The notes below the pieces were generated by a model that saw nothing but the letters and a program-made list of their open reading frames with translations, was not told the origin of the DNA and did not search any database. Below are positions 19,597 to 28,576 of a stretch of 64,000 nt of DNA, in pieces; the stretch's first letter is position 1; the number at the start of each line of letters is the position of its first letter. A program made the translations under genes and the position numbers. Origin of the DNA: Candidatus Latescibacterota bacterium (GTDB lineage: Bacteria > Latescibacterota > UBA2968 > GCA-2709665); NCBI GenBank assembly GCA_963667175.2, contig CAXXXF010000006.1:640001-704000 (forward strand), given 5' to 3'.

Positions 19597-19775
19597 CAGT
19601 CCGTTGAAAAAGTCGCTCTGCAGGCGAGGCCAAGTCATTGAGGCCGAAGAGAAGGCGCGCGACCGACTCGAATCCTCGGACTCGGTGAGGGAGCGCCTGC
19701 CTGCTGCAGGCAGGCAACGGCGTAGTTCGGTCACAAGGGCCGGACCCAGCCCGGATTGACTTGTCCAACGGGCTG
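19597..19775. mobile_element. MITE with IS5/IS1182-like ends
   Basis: Imperfect TIRs CAGTCCGTTGAAAAAGTC / GACTTGTCCAACGGGCTG; flanks CTAA/CCAA; 179 bp, no transposase. Confidence 0.65.
19695..19715. repeat. Mini-palindrome GCCTGCCTGC-T-GCAGGCAGGC (short copy)
   Basis: Same arms as copies at 22378 and 28085. Confidence 0.7.
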
Positions 19776-19816
19776 CCAAGGCTGTTCCGGGGGTTCCTCC
19801 GACCTGGACAGGCGGG

Positions 19817-20080
19817 TCAGAGTTTCACGAGAATCAGCGTACCAAGGGCAATCAGCGTGGTAAACTGGATGCCGATAATCCATCGAAATCCGCTATCCAG
19901 GCGCGATTCGAGGTTCGCAAGGCGCGATTCAATGGCCGTGAGGCGGGCGTTCATCTGATCGACCGTGCCCTCGAGGCGGGAAATTCGGGCATCGAAATCG
20001 GCTTGTTGCGTTGCGGCGTTCACGTATGGGTTCCCTTCGGTCTGGGTTGTCGGTTGGCCCGTCACTGTGTGTATGGACAA
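19817..20080 (-). CDS. Small coiled-coil protein with C-terminal TM helix (DUF1640-like)
   Basis: Heptads RISRLEG...RLTAIESRLANLESRLD, then FRWIIGIQFTTLIALGTLILVKL. Confidence 0.6.
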   Translation of the reverse strand: MSIHTVTGQPTTQTEGNPYVNAATQQADFDARISRLEGTVDQMNARLTAIESRLANLESRLDSGFRWIIGIQFTTLIALGTLILVKL

Positions 20081-20263
20081 AATACGTCAAGTTCTTCCTG
20101 AAACAAAATCGTGCTGATTCATTGCCGTTACAAACCGACTGTACGTGCGGATACCGCCGAATTCGAAGCGGCGAGAACGCAATCCGGCGAACCGCCGAGC
20201 GCTTTGAGCACGTCAACGGCCTTGCCTTCGGTGGACCCGGCATGTCTTGTCTGGAATGCGCTG

Positions 20264-20548
20264 CTACGATGTGAAACGAAGCTTGATGCCGCAAGCCGCA
20301 GACACTTTCGCTAGTGTATCGAGCCGTGGATTTCTTCGGCCGGACAGAACTCGGGAAAGGGCCACACGATCCAGATTCGCCTGGCGTGCGAGCGCGGACA
20401 CGCCGCCCCGTGCCTCGGCAACGTTACGAAACGCCTTCATAAGAAAGCGCGGATCGTCGCCCATTTCCTCAATCGCCGCGTTCAGATAGGCAGCCGCGTC
20501 CTCTGGCGTCTTGAGATAGTCGCTGGCTTTATGTTCTCTAGCGGGCAT
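20264..20548 (-). CDS. Putative addiction-module antidote (HI1420-type HTH), orphan
   Basis: SDYLKT.ED.AAYLNAA.E...D...L..A..NVA.ARGG.S.LA......R..L.R.LS...NPRL.TL.KV..A.G..L. Confidence 0.85.
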   Translation of the reverse strand: MPAREHKASDYLKTPEDAAAYLNAAIEEMGDDPRFLMKAFRNVAEARGGVSALARQANLDRVALSRVLSGRRNPRLDTLAKVSAACGIKLRFTS

Positions 20549-20615
20549 CCCATTGATCCTGTTTGATGGCATTCCAGCGCTTACGCGCGTTTGCAAAGCC
20601 ACGAACTCAATTCAT
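20538..20615 (-). pseudogene. Probable remnant of the cognate toxin gene
   Basis: Between promoter and antidote lie only ATG AAT TGA and a frame ANARKRWNAIKQDQWDAR* resembling a killer-protein C-terminus. Confidence 0.35.
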
Positions 20616-20622
20616 ACACGAA

Positions 20623-20651
20623 AGCGTAGCCAATTGACTACGCAGTGTCAA
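20623..20651 (-). promoter_or_regulatory. sigma70 promoter with palindromic operator
   Basis: TTGACA-17-TACGCT; palindrome GCGTAGCCAATTGACTACGC at 20624-20643. Confidence 0.7.
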
Positions 20652-20771
20652 GTGTTTTACAGTAGATCGAAAAGTAGAAACGGGTTGGGCTCCCGATTAG
20701 TGCGGGGGCCTGTCCACCGCGTCGTGCTTGCACGTACAGTGTCACGTCATTGTGCCGCGTTTCATTTCCTT

Positions 20772-20975
20772 TCATTCAGCCGGTATCGTCTCCAAATCCT
20801 TCTCGACGTCGGGATAGACAGTATCGAGCTCTTTCTGTATCTCCATGGTCTTCCCCTAGCCGTTACGATCTTGCAGTAGGTTCGGGAGTCGTCGAATGGA
20901 CGATCTCTACGATCCTTCGACCACTTCTCGCAAACCTCGTAGCCGAGGATCTGATATGGGCACACACACCCCCCC
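20772..20975 (-). pseudogene. Relic 3' end of a type ISP/IIG-like R-M gene
   Basis: YQILGYEVCEKWSKDR...CKIVTA / GKTMEIQKELDTVYPDVEKDLETIPAE* matches the C-terminus of 23908..27033; frameshifted. Confidence 0.8.
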
Positions 20976-20989
20976 GAATCTGCACCTGG

Positions 20990-21373
20990 TCAGGTTATCG
21001 CAATCCGTCCCGTTCGAAATTCAACGGTCAGGCTCGATCCGCGAAAAAAATCTAGCCCAAGAAGACCATCTACACCTGCACTGGGCGGCAACGTATGACC
21101 CAGCACTGGAAAACGAGTAGTCCTTCGACCCAGGGCCATAATTGCGTCGAGTGTGACGAGGGGCGCGAATTCGACCCCGCTGCCCGTAGTCACCTGCACA
21201 CGGTTCGGTGACAACGCCGGATCGTACCCAAGAGCAACCATCATCCCCACGTTCACCAATGTTCCGGTCGCACCAGTATCAAGCGCCAAACGGAGAACGG
21301 CACTACCGTTCGGCCCCCACAGTTCGGCAGACACGATGATCAAGCCCTGATGTGGATGGAATGGCAAACTCAT
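20990..21373 (-). CDS. Retropepsin-like (clan AA) aspartic protease
   Basis: LALDTGATGT catalytic motif, DGLLGLDFF; ATGA coupling to upstream gene. Confidence 0.85.
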   Translation of the reverse strand: MSLPFHPHQGLIIVSAELWGPNGSAVLRLALDTGATGTLVNVGMMVALGYDPALSPNRVQVTTGSGVEFAPLVTLDAIMALGRRTTRFPVLGHTLPPSAGVDGLLGLDFFRGSSLTVEFRTGRIAIT

Positions 21374-21597
21374 AGGACGATCGCGGTGTCCTCAGGCATC
21401 TGCCCGGTGTACAAAATGGCAAACCGGTCAGGGTGCAACGCCACTGCCTGGCGATAGACCTCGTCCCGATCCTTACTGTGGAAGCGAACTTTGCCGCTCT
21501 TCACTTCCAGGGCATCGTCAGTCCGCGGGGCTTCAACGAGCACCCACTCTGAGGAGTACTTCGTGTGTATCTGGGAAATTGTCAGAACTTCGTCCAT
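21370..21597 (-). CDS. Small DUF5678-like partner protein
   Basis: KY.SEWVLV......G.V.FHS.DRDEVY......FAILYTG; GGAGG RBS; coupled to protease. Confidence 0.6.
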   Translation of the reverse strand: MDEVLTISQIHTKYSSEWVLVEAPRTDDALEVKSGKVRFHSKDRDEVYRQAVALHPDRFAILYTGQMPEDTAIVL

Positions 21598-21898
21598 CTC
21601 TCTGATCCTCCTGTCGGTCAATGCGAGTACAAATTGGACCCTTTTCGAACAGTGAGCTGAGGATACCTGCAGCATTCGCAATGGCATTCGTTTTCGGAAA
21701 CCTATACCAATCCAGTCGTGCGTAATCTGCTGATGTACCTCTGCGATGGGGTTCCGCGTGGGCGTCCTGCCATCTGGCATTTTGATATATGGAATCAGGC
21801 TTTGGATACCCCGCCCAAACCCTACGTGCCAATATAGAGTGAGACAACTCCCCCTTCGAGATTAATGTCGTATTAATGGGCGGAGAGGAGAGCACGAG

Positions 21899-22372
21899 AT
21901 GCGGTCAAGAACCGATGTTGGAGACAACGGCAGCAGCAGCAAGGGGTCTCTGGTTGTGGAGGTCCCGCGCGGGACCTCCACAACCACGAAGCCGGATCCG
22001 GAAGTGCCGGCGCGTGCGCAGCGTCGCCGTTTCACGGCAAAGTACAAGCTTCGCATCCTGGAAGCGGCGGATGCTTGTCGCGCTCCTGGTGAAGTCGGCG
22101 CGCTGCTGCGCCGCGAGGGACTGTATTCCTCGCAGTTGACGCAGTGGCGTCGTGCGCGTCGCGAGGGGTCGCTCAAGGCGCTGTCGAAGCTGCGGGGACC
22201 GAAAGGGCGTCGCCGCGACGAGGTGGCCGTCGAGAACGAGCAACTGCGCAAGGAGATCGCCCGTTTGCGACGACGATTGGAACAGGCGAACACGATCCTC
22301 GAGATCCAAAAAAAAGCCTCCGAGATCCTGGGCATCCCCCTGAACCCGCCAGCAGGCGACGACGACGTATGA
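21899..22372 (+). CDS. IS3 transposase OrfA (HTH)
   Basis: RRRFTAKYKLRIL..AD.C...GEVGALLRREGLYSSQL..WR; ILEIQKK. Confidence 0.88.
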   Translation: MRSRTDVGDNGSSSKGSLVVEVPRGTSTTTKPDPEVPARAQRRRFTAKYKLRILEAADACRAPGEVGALLRREGLYSSQLTQWRRARREGSLKALSKLRGPKGRRRDEVAVENEQLRKEIARLRRRLEQANTILEIQKKASEILGIPLNPPAGDDDV

Positions 22373-23415
22373 TCCGTGCCTGCCTGCGCCGAGCCCCGCG
22401 CGGCAGGCAGGCGGCAGAACAACTGGCCCCGAAGGTCGGGTTGGCTTCCGCGTGCCGGGCGCTGGGTGTGGCGCGGGCATCGGTCTACCGTGCGCGTCAG
22501 CCAGCCCAACGCGGGCCTCGTGGCGCCCGGTCCTCGTCGCCACGTGCGCTTTCCCAAAACGAGCGCGCTACCGTGCTGGACATCCTGCACGAGGACCGCT
22601 TCGTAGACCAGGCGCCACCGGCAGTCTACGCCGCGTTGCTCGAGGAAGGGCGGTATGTCTGCTCGATCCGGACCATGTACCGTCTGCTGCACGATGCAGG
22701 AGAGGTGCCCCAGCGGCGACACCAGCGGCGTCATCCACGTCTGGAACCGCCCCGCTTGATGGCGGATGCGCCCAACCAGGTCTGGACATGGGATATCACG
22801 CGGCTGCCAGGAACCCGCAAGTGGGAAACCTATCCCCTCTACGTCGTACTGGATCTGTTCTCACGCTATGTCGTGGCCTGGATGGTCGCCACAAGGGAGA
22901 GCGCCACATACGCCAAGCGCCTGATCACCAACGCCTGCACCAAGCAGGGCATTCAACCCCGACAACTGACGCTGCACCAGGACCGCGGCGCACCCATGAC
23001 GGCCAAGACCTTTTCGCAGTTGCTGATGGACCTCGACATCCTGGCCAGCTACTCTCGACCCCGTGTGTCCGATGACAACCCGTATTCCGAAAGCCAATTC
23101 AAGACGCTCAAATACGCGCCTTCATACCCCGGGCGCTTCACCAACCCGCAAGAAGCACGCACCTATTTACAGGCCTTCTTTCCCTGGTACAACACACAAC
23201 ACCGGCACAGCGGACTGGGCTTACTCACGCCCGACACCGTCCACCATGGGCTGACACAGCAGTTTCAAGCCGCCAGACAATCGGTGCTGGACCAGGCCTA
23301 TCACAACCACCCTGAACGATTTGTTAAGGGGCATCCTCGTCCACCACGCGTTCCAGACCAAGTCTGGATTAACCAACCACAGAACACCATCGAATGCCAT
23401 CAGTTGCTTCACTAA
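22369..23415 (+). CDS. IS3 transposase OrfB (rve DDE integrase core)
   Basis: PNQVWTWDIT, LDLFSRYVVAW, LHQDRG, DNPYSESQFKTLKY, WYN..HRHSGL. Confidence 0.9.
   Translation: MIRACLRRAPRGRQAAEQLAPKVGLASACRALGVARASVYRARQPAQRGPRGARSSSPRALSQNERATVLDILHEDRFVDQAPPAVYAALLEEGRYVCSIRTMYRLLHDAGEVPQRRHQRRHPRLEPPRLMADAPNQVWTWDITRLPGTRKWETYPLYVVLDLFSRYVVAWMVATRESATYAKRLITNACTKQGIQPRQLTLHQDRGAPMTAKTFSQLLMDLDILASYSRPRVSDDNPYSESQFKTLKYAPSYPGRFTNPQEARTYLQAFFPWYNTQHRHSGLGLLTPDTVHHGLTQQFQAARQSVLDQAYHNHPERFVKGHPRPPRVPDQVWINQPQNTIECHQLLH
22378..22412. repeat. 35-bp palindromic mini-element inserted in-frame in IS3 orfB
   Basis: GCCTGCCTGCGCCGAGCCCCGCGCGGCAGGCAGGC; near-identical inverted copy at 28085-28119. Confidence 0.75.
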
Positions 23416-23455
23416 ATTCCAACGGGAGGTGTCTCATTTCTATTGACACGTTCCG

Positions 23456-23671
23456 AATCGTCAATTTGTAATCCACGAAGCCACTACCGGCTTGTTCTTC
23501 AGTACTTATCTCCGCTAAGGGCCATCCCAGAACTCTTGTTAGAATTGGGTCAATAACCTTTAGACGTGTGTCCTGTTCTGTGACTATAGTTCCCTTGGCG
23601 CTGTCCACCTGTTCGAGAATTCGCTGAAAGCTCTCGAATGCGGTGTCAATATTCACGTCATTCCGCCCCAT
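23456..23671 (-). pseudogene. HsdR_N-like nuclease gene truncated by IS3
   Basis: TEQDTRLKVIDPIL..VLGW...I..EE....GFVDYKLTI then reads into the IS end; no continuation on the other side. Confidence 0.7.
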
Positions 23672-23907
23672 CGCGATATCTCCGTGTTTTTGTTTGCGAT
23701 ATCTCCATGATTCGCGAGTCAATATAGGCTAGCTGAGTTCGTCAAGGAACGGGTTGAATAGATGTAAGAGACGATCAGCAAAGCATTTAAATCCAAACTC
23801 AAAAGCTACAGTTCATCTCGAACTCTGTCGAGATCTGCTGTGTTTTTTCCTGAGTATAGATACTACTCCACCGCATTGATTCGGATCTGGATACGTCTCG
23901 CCTTCGC

Positions 23908-26900
23908 TCACTCAGGCTGGATCGACACCAGATCCTTCTCGACGTCGGGATAGAGGGTATCGAGCTCTTTCTGTATCTCGATAGTTCTTCCAATAGCAGT
24001 CACGATTCGGCAAAATGTCTGGAGCTCTTCAAGTTCCAGTCGTCGCTCTTTGCGATCTTTCAGCCATTTGTCGCAAACCTGGTAGCCGCCAATGCGATAT
24101 TCGAACACATCCCTGGGAATTGGGCCGAAATACTGCGTTTTGTTGATGTACATTCGTTGTGTCTCTGATTCATAGCGAAAGCCCTTTGCCTTCGTGTTTG
24201 CGACGTCCGATTCTCCTCTACCCTCGAATCGACAGGTGGGTTCGGCAAGTTCCTGCGACTTGAGGAGATGCAGAGCGGCCAATCGCGCACCCAGAACGGC
24301 AAGTTTAGTGAACAGCTCACGATCCGCCGAAAATGGAACGCGCGGAAACTCCATTCGAAGGAATTCGGCGTATTTCTCGCGGTAGGCGGGAGTTTGTAGA
24401 ATTGCATATAAATAGTCAAAGATGCCCCTTGGGGACGGGCAACTGGCATACGCTTGAGTTAAATACTCGACCAGTTCACGCTTCAGATTTGAACGGCGGT
24501 CGTTGGCGGTGAGATAAGTGTAGAGTGGAAAGTGGTAATTGATGTCGTAGGCCGCAACAGACTTGTGGGCGCTGATCGACGTCGTTGCCAGGACACCGAA
24601 TTCATCCTTATGCTGTTTGGGCATCAATAGAGCGACGTTTTCACCAGCCAGCATGTGTCGCATTACGTCTTGGCGAGGCCTACAGATGAATCCACGCGAC
24701 TGACCGGTGTAATACGTGTATCGTACGTCAAACGGCCGGTAGAGAATTGGAACAACGTTCCCCCGAGTGAGACGACCCTCCAGCAAGTCCAATTGAGCCA
24801 TTCTGACCTGCCAGTCCCGCGCATCCTTGCCGAGATCGTATGCAATCCTGGCCTGTTCAGGTTCCATCCCGGAAAATGAACGCACAGTATGCCACACCTC
24901 ATCATCCGACCAACGGATGGTCAGTCGATCGCGCGCCGTTACAATGCCCACGCTCTTCACCGGGAAAATTTCGGCAATGGAGGTGAACAGACGATACTCG
25001 TCTTCGAGAGTTTCATCGCGCGGCGCGAACAGATAGAAGGGTGAGACCGGTCTAATCTCTTGCCTTGTCGTGGAACCGTGATCGTGGGAGTCTAACCACG
25101 CGTATTTGTGCTCACGGCTTCCATACGCTTCGGCATGATGAACCTGACAATCACAATCTTCTTTGCTACCGGTCTTTACGAAAAAGGCAATAGCCACACC
25201 CTGCCGGATATCAAAGACGTTCCCGTCAGGTCTTCCGTCCTTGGGGTTGGTCTCCCCAGCGAGTGAATTGCCGTGTAAGTCGAGTATATAGATGTCGTCA
25301 AAGGTGTCCATCAGGCTCCGGCGCATGCCGCGAAACGTAGGGCTCTCGAGATAGCTGTGGTCAGTAATCATGCCGACGATGCCTCGTCCGGCCTGTTCGA
25401 TCTTCCACTGTGCAAAACGCAGGAACTTCACGTAGTCATTCTGAAGCCATTTGGGGTTTTTCTCACCCAGAGGCTTACCGTCCACCTGTTTATAATCCTC
25501 GATTAACCCACGTATCCACTTGCCTCTGTTGCTGGAATGTCCGGAATAGGGCGGATTGCCCAGAATGAGCAGGATCGGGCTCTCCCTCTTGACGTCACCG
25601 GCAAGGCGAGATTCCTCTGCCAGCGCCGAGAGGCCAGGAATTCGGGTCTGTTCCAGCTTCTGCCAGTCCAGCGTATTGGTGAGATAGAAGGCCATCCGCT
25701 CATCGTCGGTGATTCGGTGGCCAAGTTCCTGAAGCAGGAAGCTCATCTTCAGGTGCCCGACAGTATACGGCGCCATCATCAGTTCGAATGCGTAAAAGTT
25801 CTTCAAAATATGGGTGCGTATGAAGTCCCTTGTGCCGCCGGCGCCGTATTTCGCTTCGAACTCCGAAACTGCCTGTTGGGCGGCACGAGCCACAAAGGTC
25901 ATGGTTCCGGCGGCAGGGTCCAATAGGGTCACGCCCTCAGACGCCAGACCGTCACCCTTCTCGAACTCCCTCTTGAGAAGACCGTGCAGCGATCGAACGA
26001 TATACCCGACCACCGGTTCCGGCGTGTAGTACACCCCGCGGCGTTCACGCTCTTCGGGGTCATATTGCGCCAAAAAGGTCTCGTAGAAATGCACAATCGG
26101 GTCGCTGCCTTTGCCGTCTCGGTAGTATTCATCGAGAATACCGGCCGCGTCTGCCACCGCCAGGACCTCGGCAATGTCATCCACGCACCAGGCGAGTTGA
26201 TCCGGCATATCGCCAAGAGAGATATAACGGAAGAGATCCCTCAGGACGCCGATGGTGTGGGGTATGTTGTCAAACGCGGCCGCCCGATTGAAGCTGTCCC
26301 CGGCGCGGATGCGGGCGGCAAACAGCCCGTACGTGATGGTCTGCGCGAACAGATCGGCAAACGCTTCAGGCGTTAACGACCCTATCAGGTAGGTTCGGAA
26401 GGCCTCATAGAAACCGGTGAGATCGTCGCCGGAATCACGATCCGCCCTTATCTCTTCGCTTATTACGTCGCGGAGGTGGCGGGTCCGTTTGGCCAATTCA
26501 ACCGCGAGGGATTCGGCGTCGGCGGTAAAGTCGGCGGGCAGCGTGAAATCCATGAAGCGATCGAGAAGATCGTAGAGTTCACTTTGTTTTTCGAGTGGAG
26601 GCATCGTCCCCAACGTGTTGAGCACAAAGGGTTGACCCGCACAGATCTCTGCGACCTGCCTGCCTCTTCGGTAGAGACGAAACTCGAGAAAGTTGGTCAG
26701 GATGAGATTCGGAAAGGTCTCGCGATAGCGTTGAAGTTGCTCGGTCTCTTGGATCCGACTTAGGTCCACTTCTGTCGGCTTTTTCGCCTCGATATAGCCG
26801 ATCACCTGACCCTTACCGTTCCAGAGTCGGAAGTCCGGGTTGCCACCCTCCGTTGGCTTGGGGAGCGCGGTGACATCTACATGTGGTCGACCGGTGGCCG

Positions 26901-27033
26901 TGGCGAACTCCTCAAGCATCTGCTTCAGCGCTGGATAGAAACTCTCCTCCGTCGCGTCTCCGTGAGCCGCTGCGGAGGAGAGTTCTTTCAGGTACTTTGA
27001 AAAGATGGTTTTGGGGGTCATGGGATTGTCCAT
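23908..27033 (-). CDS. Type IIG/ISP-like restriction-modification enzyme (nuclease + N6-adenine MTase + ISP C-terminal specificity domain, no helicase)
   Basis: GNPDF...GYIEAK, RGVYYTPEPVV, LLDPAAGTMTF, GNPPY, ILYRPFD, Y.IGGYQV.DKWLKDRK. Confidence 0.9.
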   Translation of the reverse strand: MDNPMTPKTIFSKYLKELSSAAAHGDATEESFYPALKQMLEEFATATGRPHVDVTALPKPTEGGNPDFRLWNGKGQVIGYIEAKKPTEVDLSRIQETEQLQRYRETFPNLILTNFLEFRLYRRGRQVAEICAGQPFVLNTLGTMPPLEKQSELYDLLDRFMDFTLPADFTADAESLAVELAKRTRHLRDVISEEIRADRDSGDDLTGFYEAFRTYLIGSLTPEAFADLFAQTITYGLFAARIRAGDSFNRAAAFDNIPHTIGVLRDLFRYISLGDMPDQLAWCVDDIAEVLAVADAAGILDEYYRDGKGSDPIVHFYETFLAQYDPEERERRGVYYTPEPVVGYIVRSLHGLLKREFEKGDGLASEGVTLLDPAAGTMTFVARAAQQAVSEFEAKYGAGGTRDFIRTHILKNFYAFELMMAPYTVGHLKMSFLLQELGHRITDDERMAFYLTNTLDWQKLEQTRIPGLSALAEESRLAGDVKRESPILLILGNPPYSGHSSNRGKWIRGLIEDYKQVDGKPLGEKNPKWLQNDYVKFLRFAQWKIEQAGRGIVGMITDHSYLESPTFRGMRRSLMDTFDDIYILDLHGNSLAGETNPKDGRPDGNVFDIRQGVAIAFFVKTGSKEDCDCQVHHAEAYGSREHKYAWLDSHDHGSTTRQEIRPVSPFYLFAPRDETLEDEYRLFTSIAEIFPVKSVGIVTARDRLTIRWSDDEVWHTVRSFSGMEPEQARIAYDLGKDARDWQVRMAQLDLLEGRLTRGNVVPILYRPFDVRYTYYTGQSRGFICRPRQDVMRHMLAGENVALLMPKQHKDEFGVLATTSISAHKSVAAYDINYHFPLYTYLTANDRRSNLKRELVEYLTQAYASCPSPRGIFDYLYAILQTPAYREKYAEFLRMEFPRVPFSADRELFTKLAVLGARLAALHLLKSQELAEPTCRFEGRGESDVANTKAKGFRYESETQRMYINKTQYFGPIPRDVFEYRIGGYQVCDKWLKDRKERRLELEELQTFCRIVTAIGRTIEIQKELDTLYPDVEKDLVSIQPE

Positions 27034-27103
27034 GCGGTTGAAAACGCCTGTGTATTACCGACGGATATCATGATCAATAACTAACAACGAATGGTTACGA
27101 TTT

Positions 27104-27859
27104 CTACCTCGGGCATTGAGACAGATCTCGTGCGAAGTAATATTCTGAACTGTTGCGTATTGCCTGCGCGTTTATTCTCGCCAATTCAGCATCTTCTATT
27201 TTTCTATCCTCGCTCTCGGCGAGCAGACAGATTTGCGGAGCCACCGGTAATATTAAGCACTTACGCGAATTATCAGGTACTAAAAACTCGCCCCTTTTGC
27301 TCTTCAATATTCCCCAGATTGTGCCGTGCAACTGCTTACGGACTCGCATCAGATTTCGTTGAATTTGGACGCCCGTAAGGTGCCTCCCACTGATTTTCAA
27401 GTCTGGACGAACTGGCGTAATACCTGTCTTCTCCAGCAATTCCTGGTCATCCTGCGTCAGTTCAGTTCGCACGCCAATCGCACCTTCTAACCGCTGATCG
27501 TCCACCGGTTGTCGACTCCTATGCCATCGGATATTCCACAAGGCGTACATATCGGTTATCTTCGTATGATCAGCTTTATACAGGCTCGATACAGTTCCTT
27601 CGACTATGCGGTCAGCTAATTCTTGATAAACATCCTCAACGTCTTTCATAAATACAGATTCCGCTCTTTGGTCCCAGGATCTCCGAGCACAAAAAAGGGG
27701 GTTGTCTGGCTTGGGTCGAAAATTCTTCGCGTTCCCCAAACGCCAAACATCGACTGTTCCGTCCGGTTGCCCAAAACGCACAATTGAGCGCGCCGGAAAA
27801 TAGTGTTGCATGATTGTAAGTTGGTGCGGATTACCTTTTTGTGTTTTCTCGTATTTCAC
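27104..27859 (-). CDS. DUF4238-like hypothetical protein
   Basis: QHYFP...IVRF N-terminal motif, WGIL......F.VPDN, ILPVAP..CL; low GC, next to R-M gene. Confidence 0.5.
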   Translation of the reverse strand: MKYEKTQKGNPHQLTIMQHYFPARSIVRFGQPDGTVDVWRLGNAKNFRPKPDNPLFCARRSWDQRAESVFMKDVEDVYQELADRIVEGTVSSLYKADHTKITDMYALWNIRWHRSRQPVDDQRLEGAIGVRTELTQDDQELLEKTGITPVRPDLKISGRHLTGVQIQRNLMRVRKQLHGTIWGILKSKRGEFLVPDNSRKCLILPVAPQICLLAESEDRKIEDAELARINAQAIRNSSEYYFARDLSQCPR

Positions 27860-28014
27860 GCCATGTCCAGTTTTCTGGGATTCAAAACGCCATTCTCTTT
27901 AAACCTCATCATAAACTATAGTCATCCCGCTGTCGATGTCAAGAAAAAGGCCGGATTCGATGATGAATCCAGCCGTTTACGTATCACGATGTTTGCAAAC
28001 GGTATGGGGTCGAG

Positions 28015-28144
28015 ATCCCCCCACCGCATCAGCCGTCGCCGGTCCGTCGACACTTCGACAAGCTAAGGGACCGGCTCGGCTTCTGCCTGCCTGCCGCGCT
28101 CCGCTTGGCGCAGGCAGGCGACTCCCCCTCAAGGGGGGAGTGAT
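28015..28144. repeat. Composite nested REP-like palindromic element
   Basis: Stems GCATCAGCCG/CGGCTTCTGC, GCCGGTCC/GGACCGGC, GTCGA-CACT-TCGAC, CTCCCCCTCAAGGGGGGAG; contains mini-element 28085-28119. Confidence 0.7.
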
Positions 28145-28190
28145 ACGTATGTGCTGCCCGGTCAGCCTGGACGACTGACAGACCGCCAGA

Positions 28191-28373
28191 TCACCATCCG
28201 ACGTGAGCAAGAGTTGGTTCGCCATCTTCCAGAAGCATCTCGACCACTTCCGTCAGGTTTGTATTCAACTCGTCCAAGGTCGCGCCCTGGGAGTGTGCGC
28301 CGGCGAAGCCGGGGACGTAACCGACGTATAGCCCGGAGTCCTTACAATGTTCCACAACAGCCGTATAGCGCAT
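28191..28373 (-). CDS. hicB: HicB-family antitoxin (short, orphan)
   Basis: MRYTAVVE.C.DSGLYVGYVPGF.GAHSQG.TLDEL..NL.EVVEMLLED; no hicA adjacent. Confidence 0.8.
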   Translation of the reverse strand: MRYTAVVEHCKDSGLYVGYVPGFAGAHSQGATLDELNTNLTEVVEMLLEDGEPTLAHVGW

Positions 28374-28576
28374 ATCGTCCCTCACCTGATGACGGAGACT
28401 TACAACCTGAATTATCCGTGAAAACCGGTGGATGTTTCGTATAATCGGTTGATTTTCAATAACATGAGTGGATAATGTAACGAAAACCTTGATTCGTCCA
28501 AAATCGAGTTAGCAGACGTAAGATTGAGGTGTCATGCTGACGTGCAGCATTGTGGTATTGCGCCTTGTGTGACAAC

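Larger units (their letters stand above)
21827..23448 (+). mobile_element. IS3-family insertion sequence
   Basis: Imperfect TIRs TGCCAATATAGAGTGAGACA / TGTCTCATTTCTATTGACA; orfA + orfB; A8G slippery site at 22308-22316; right end may extend to 23455. Confidence 0.88.
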
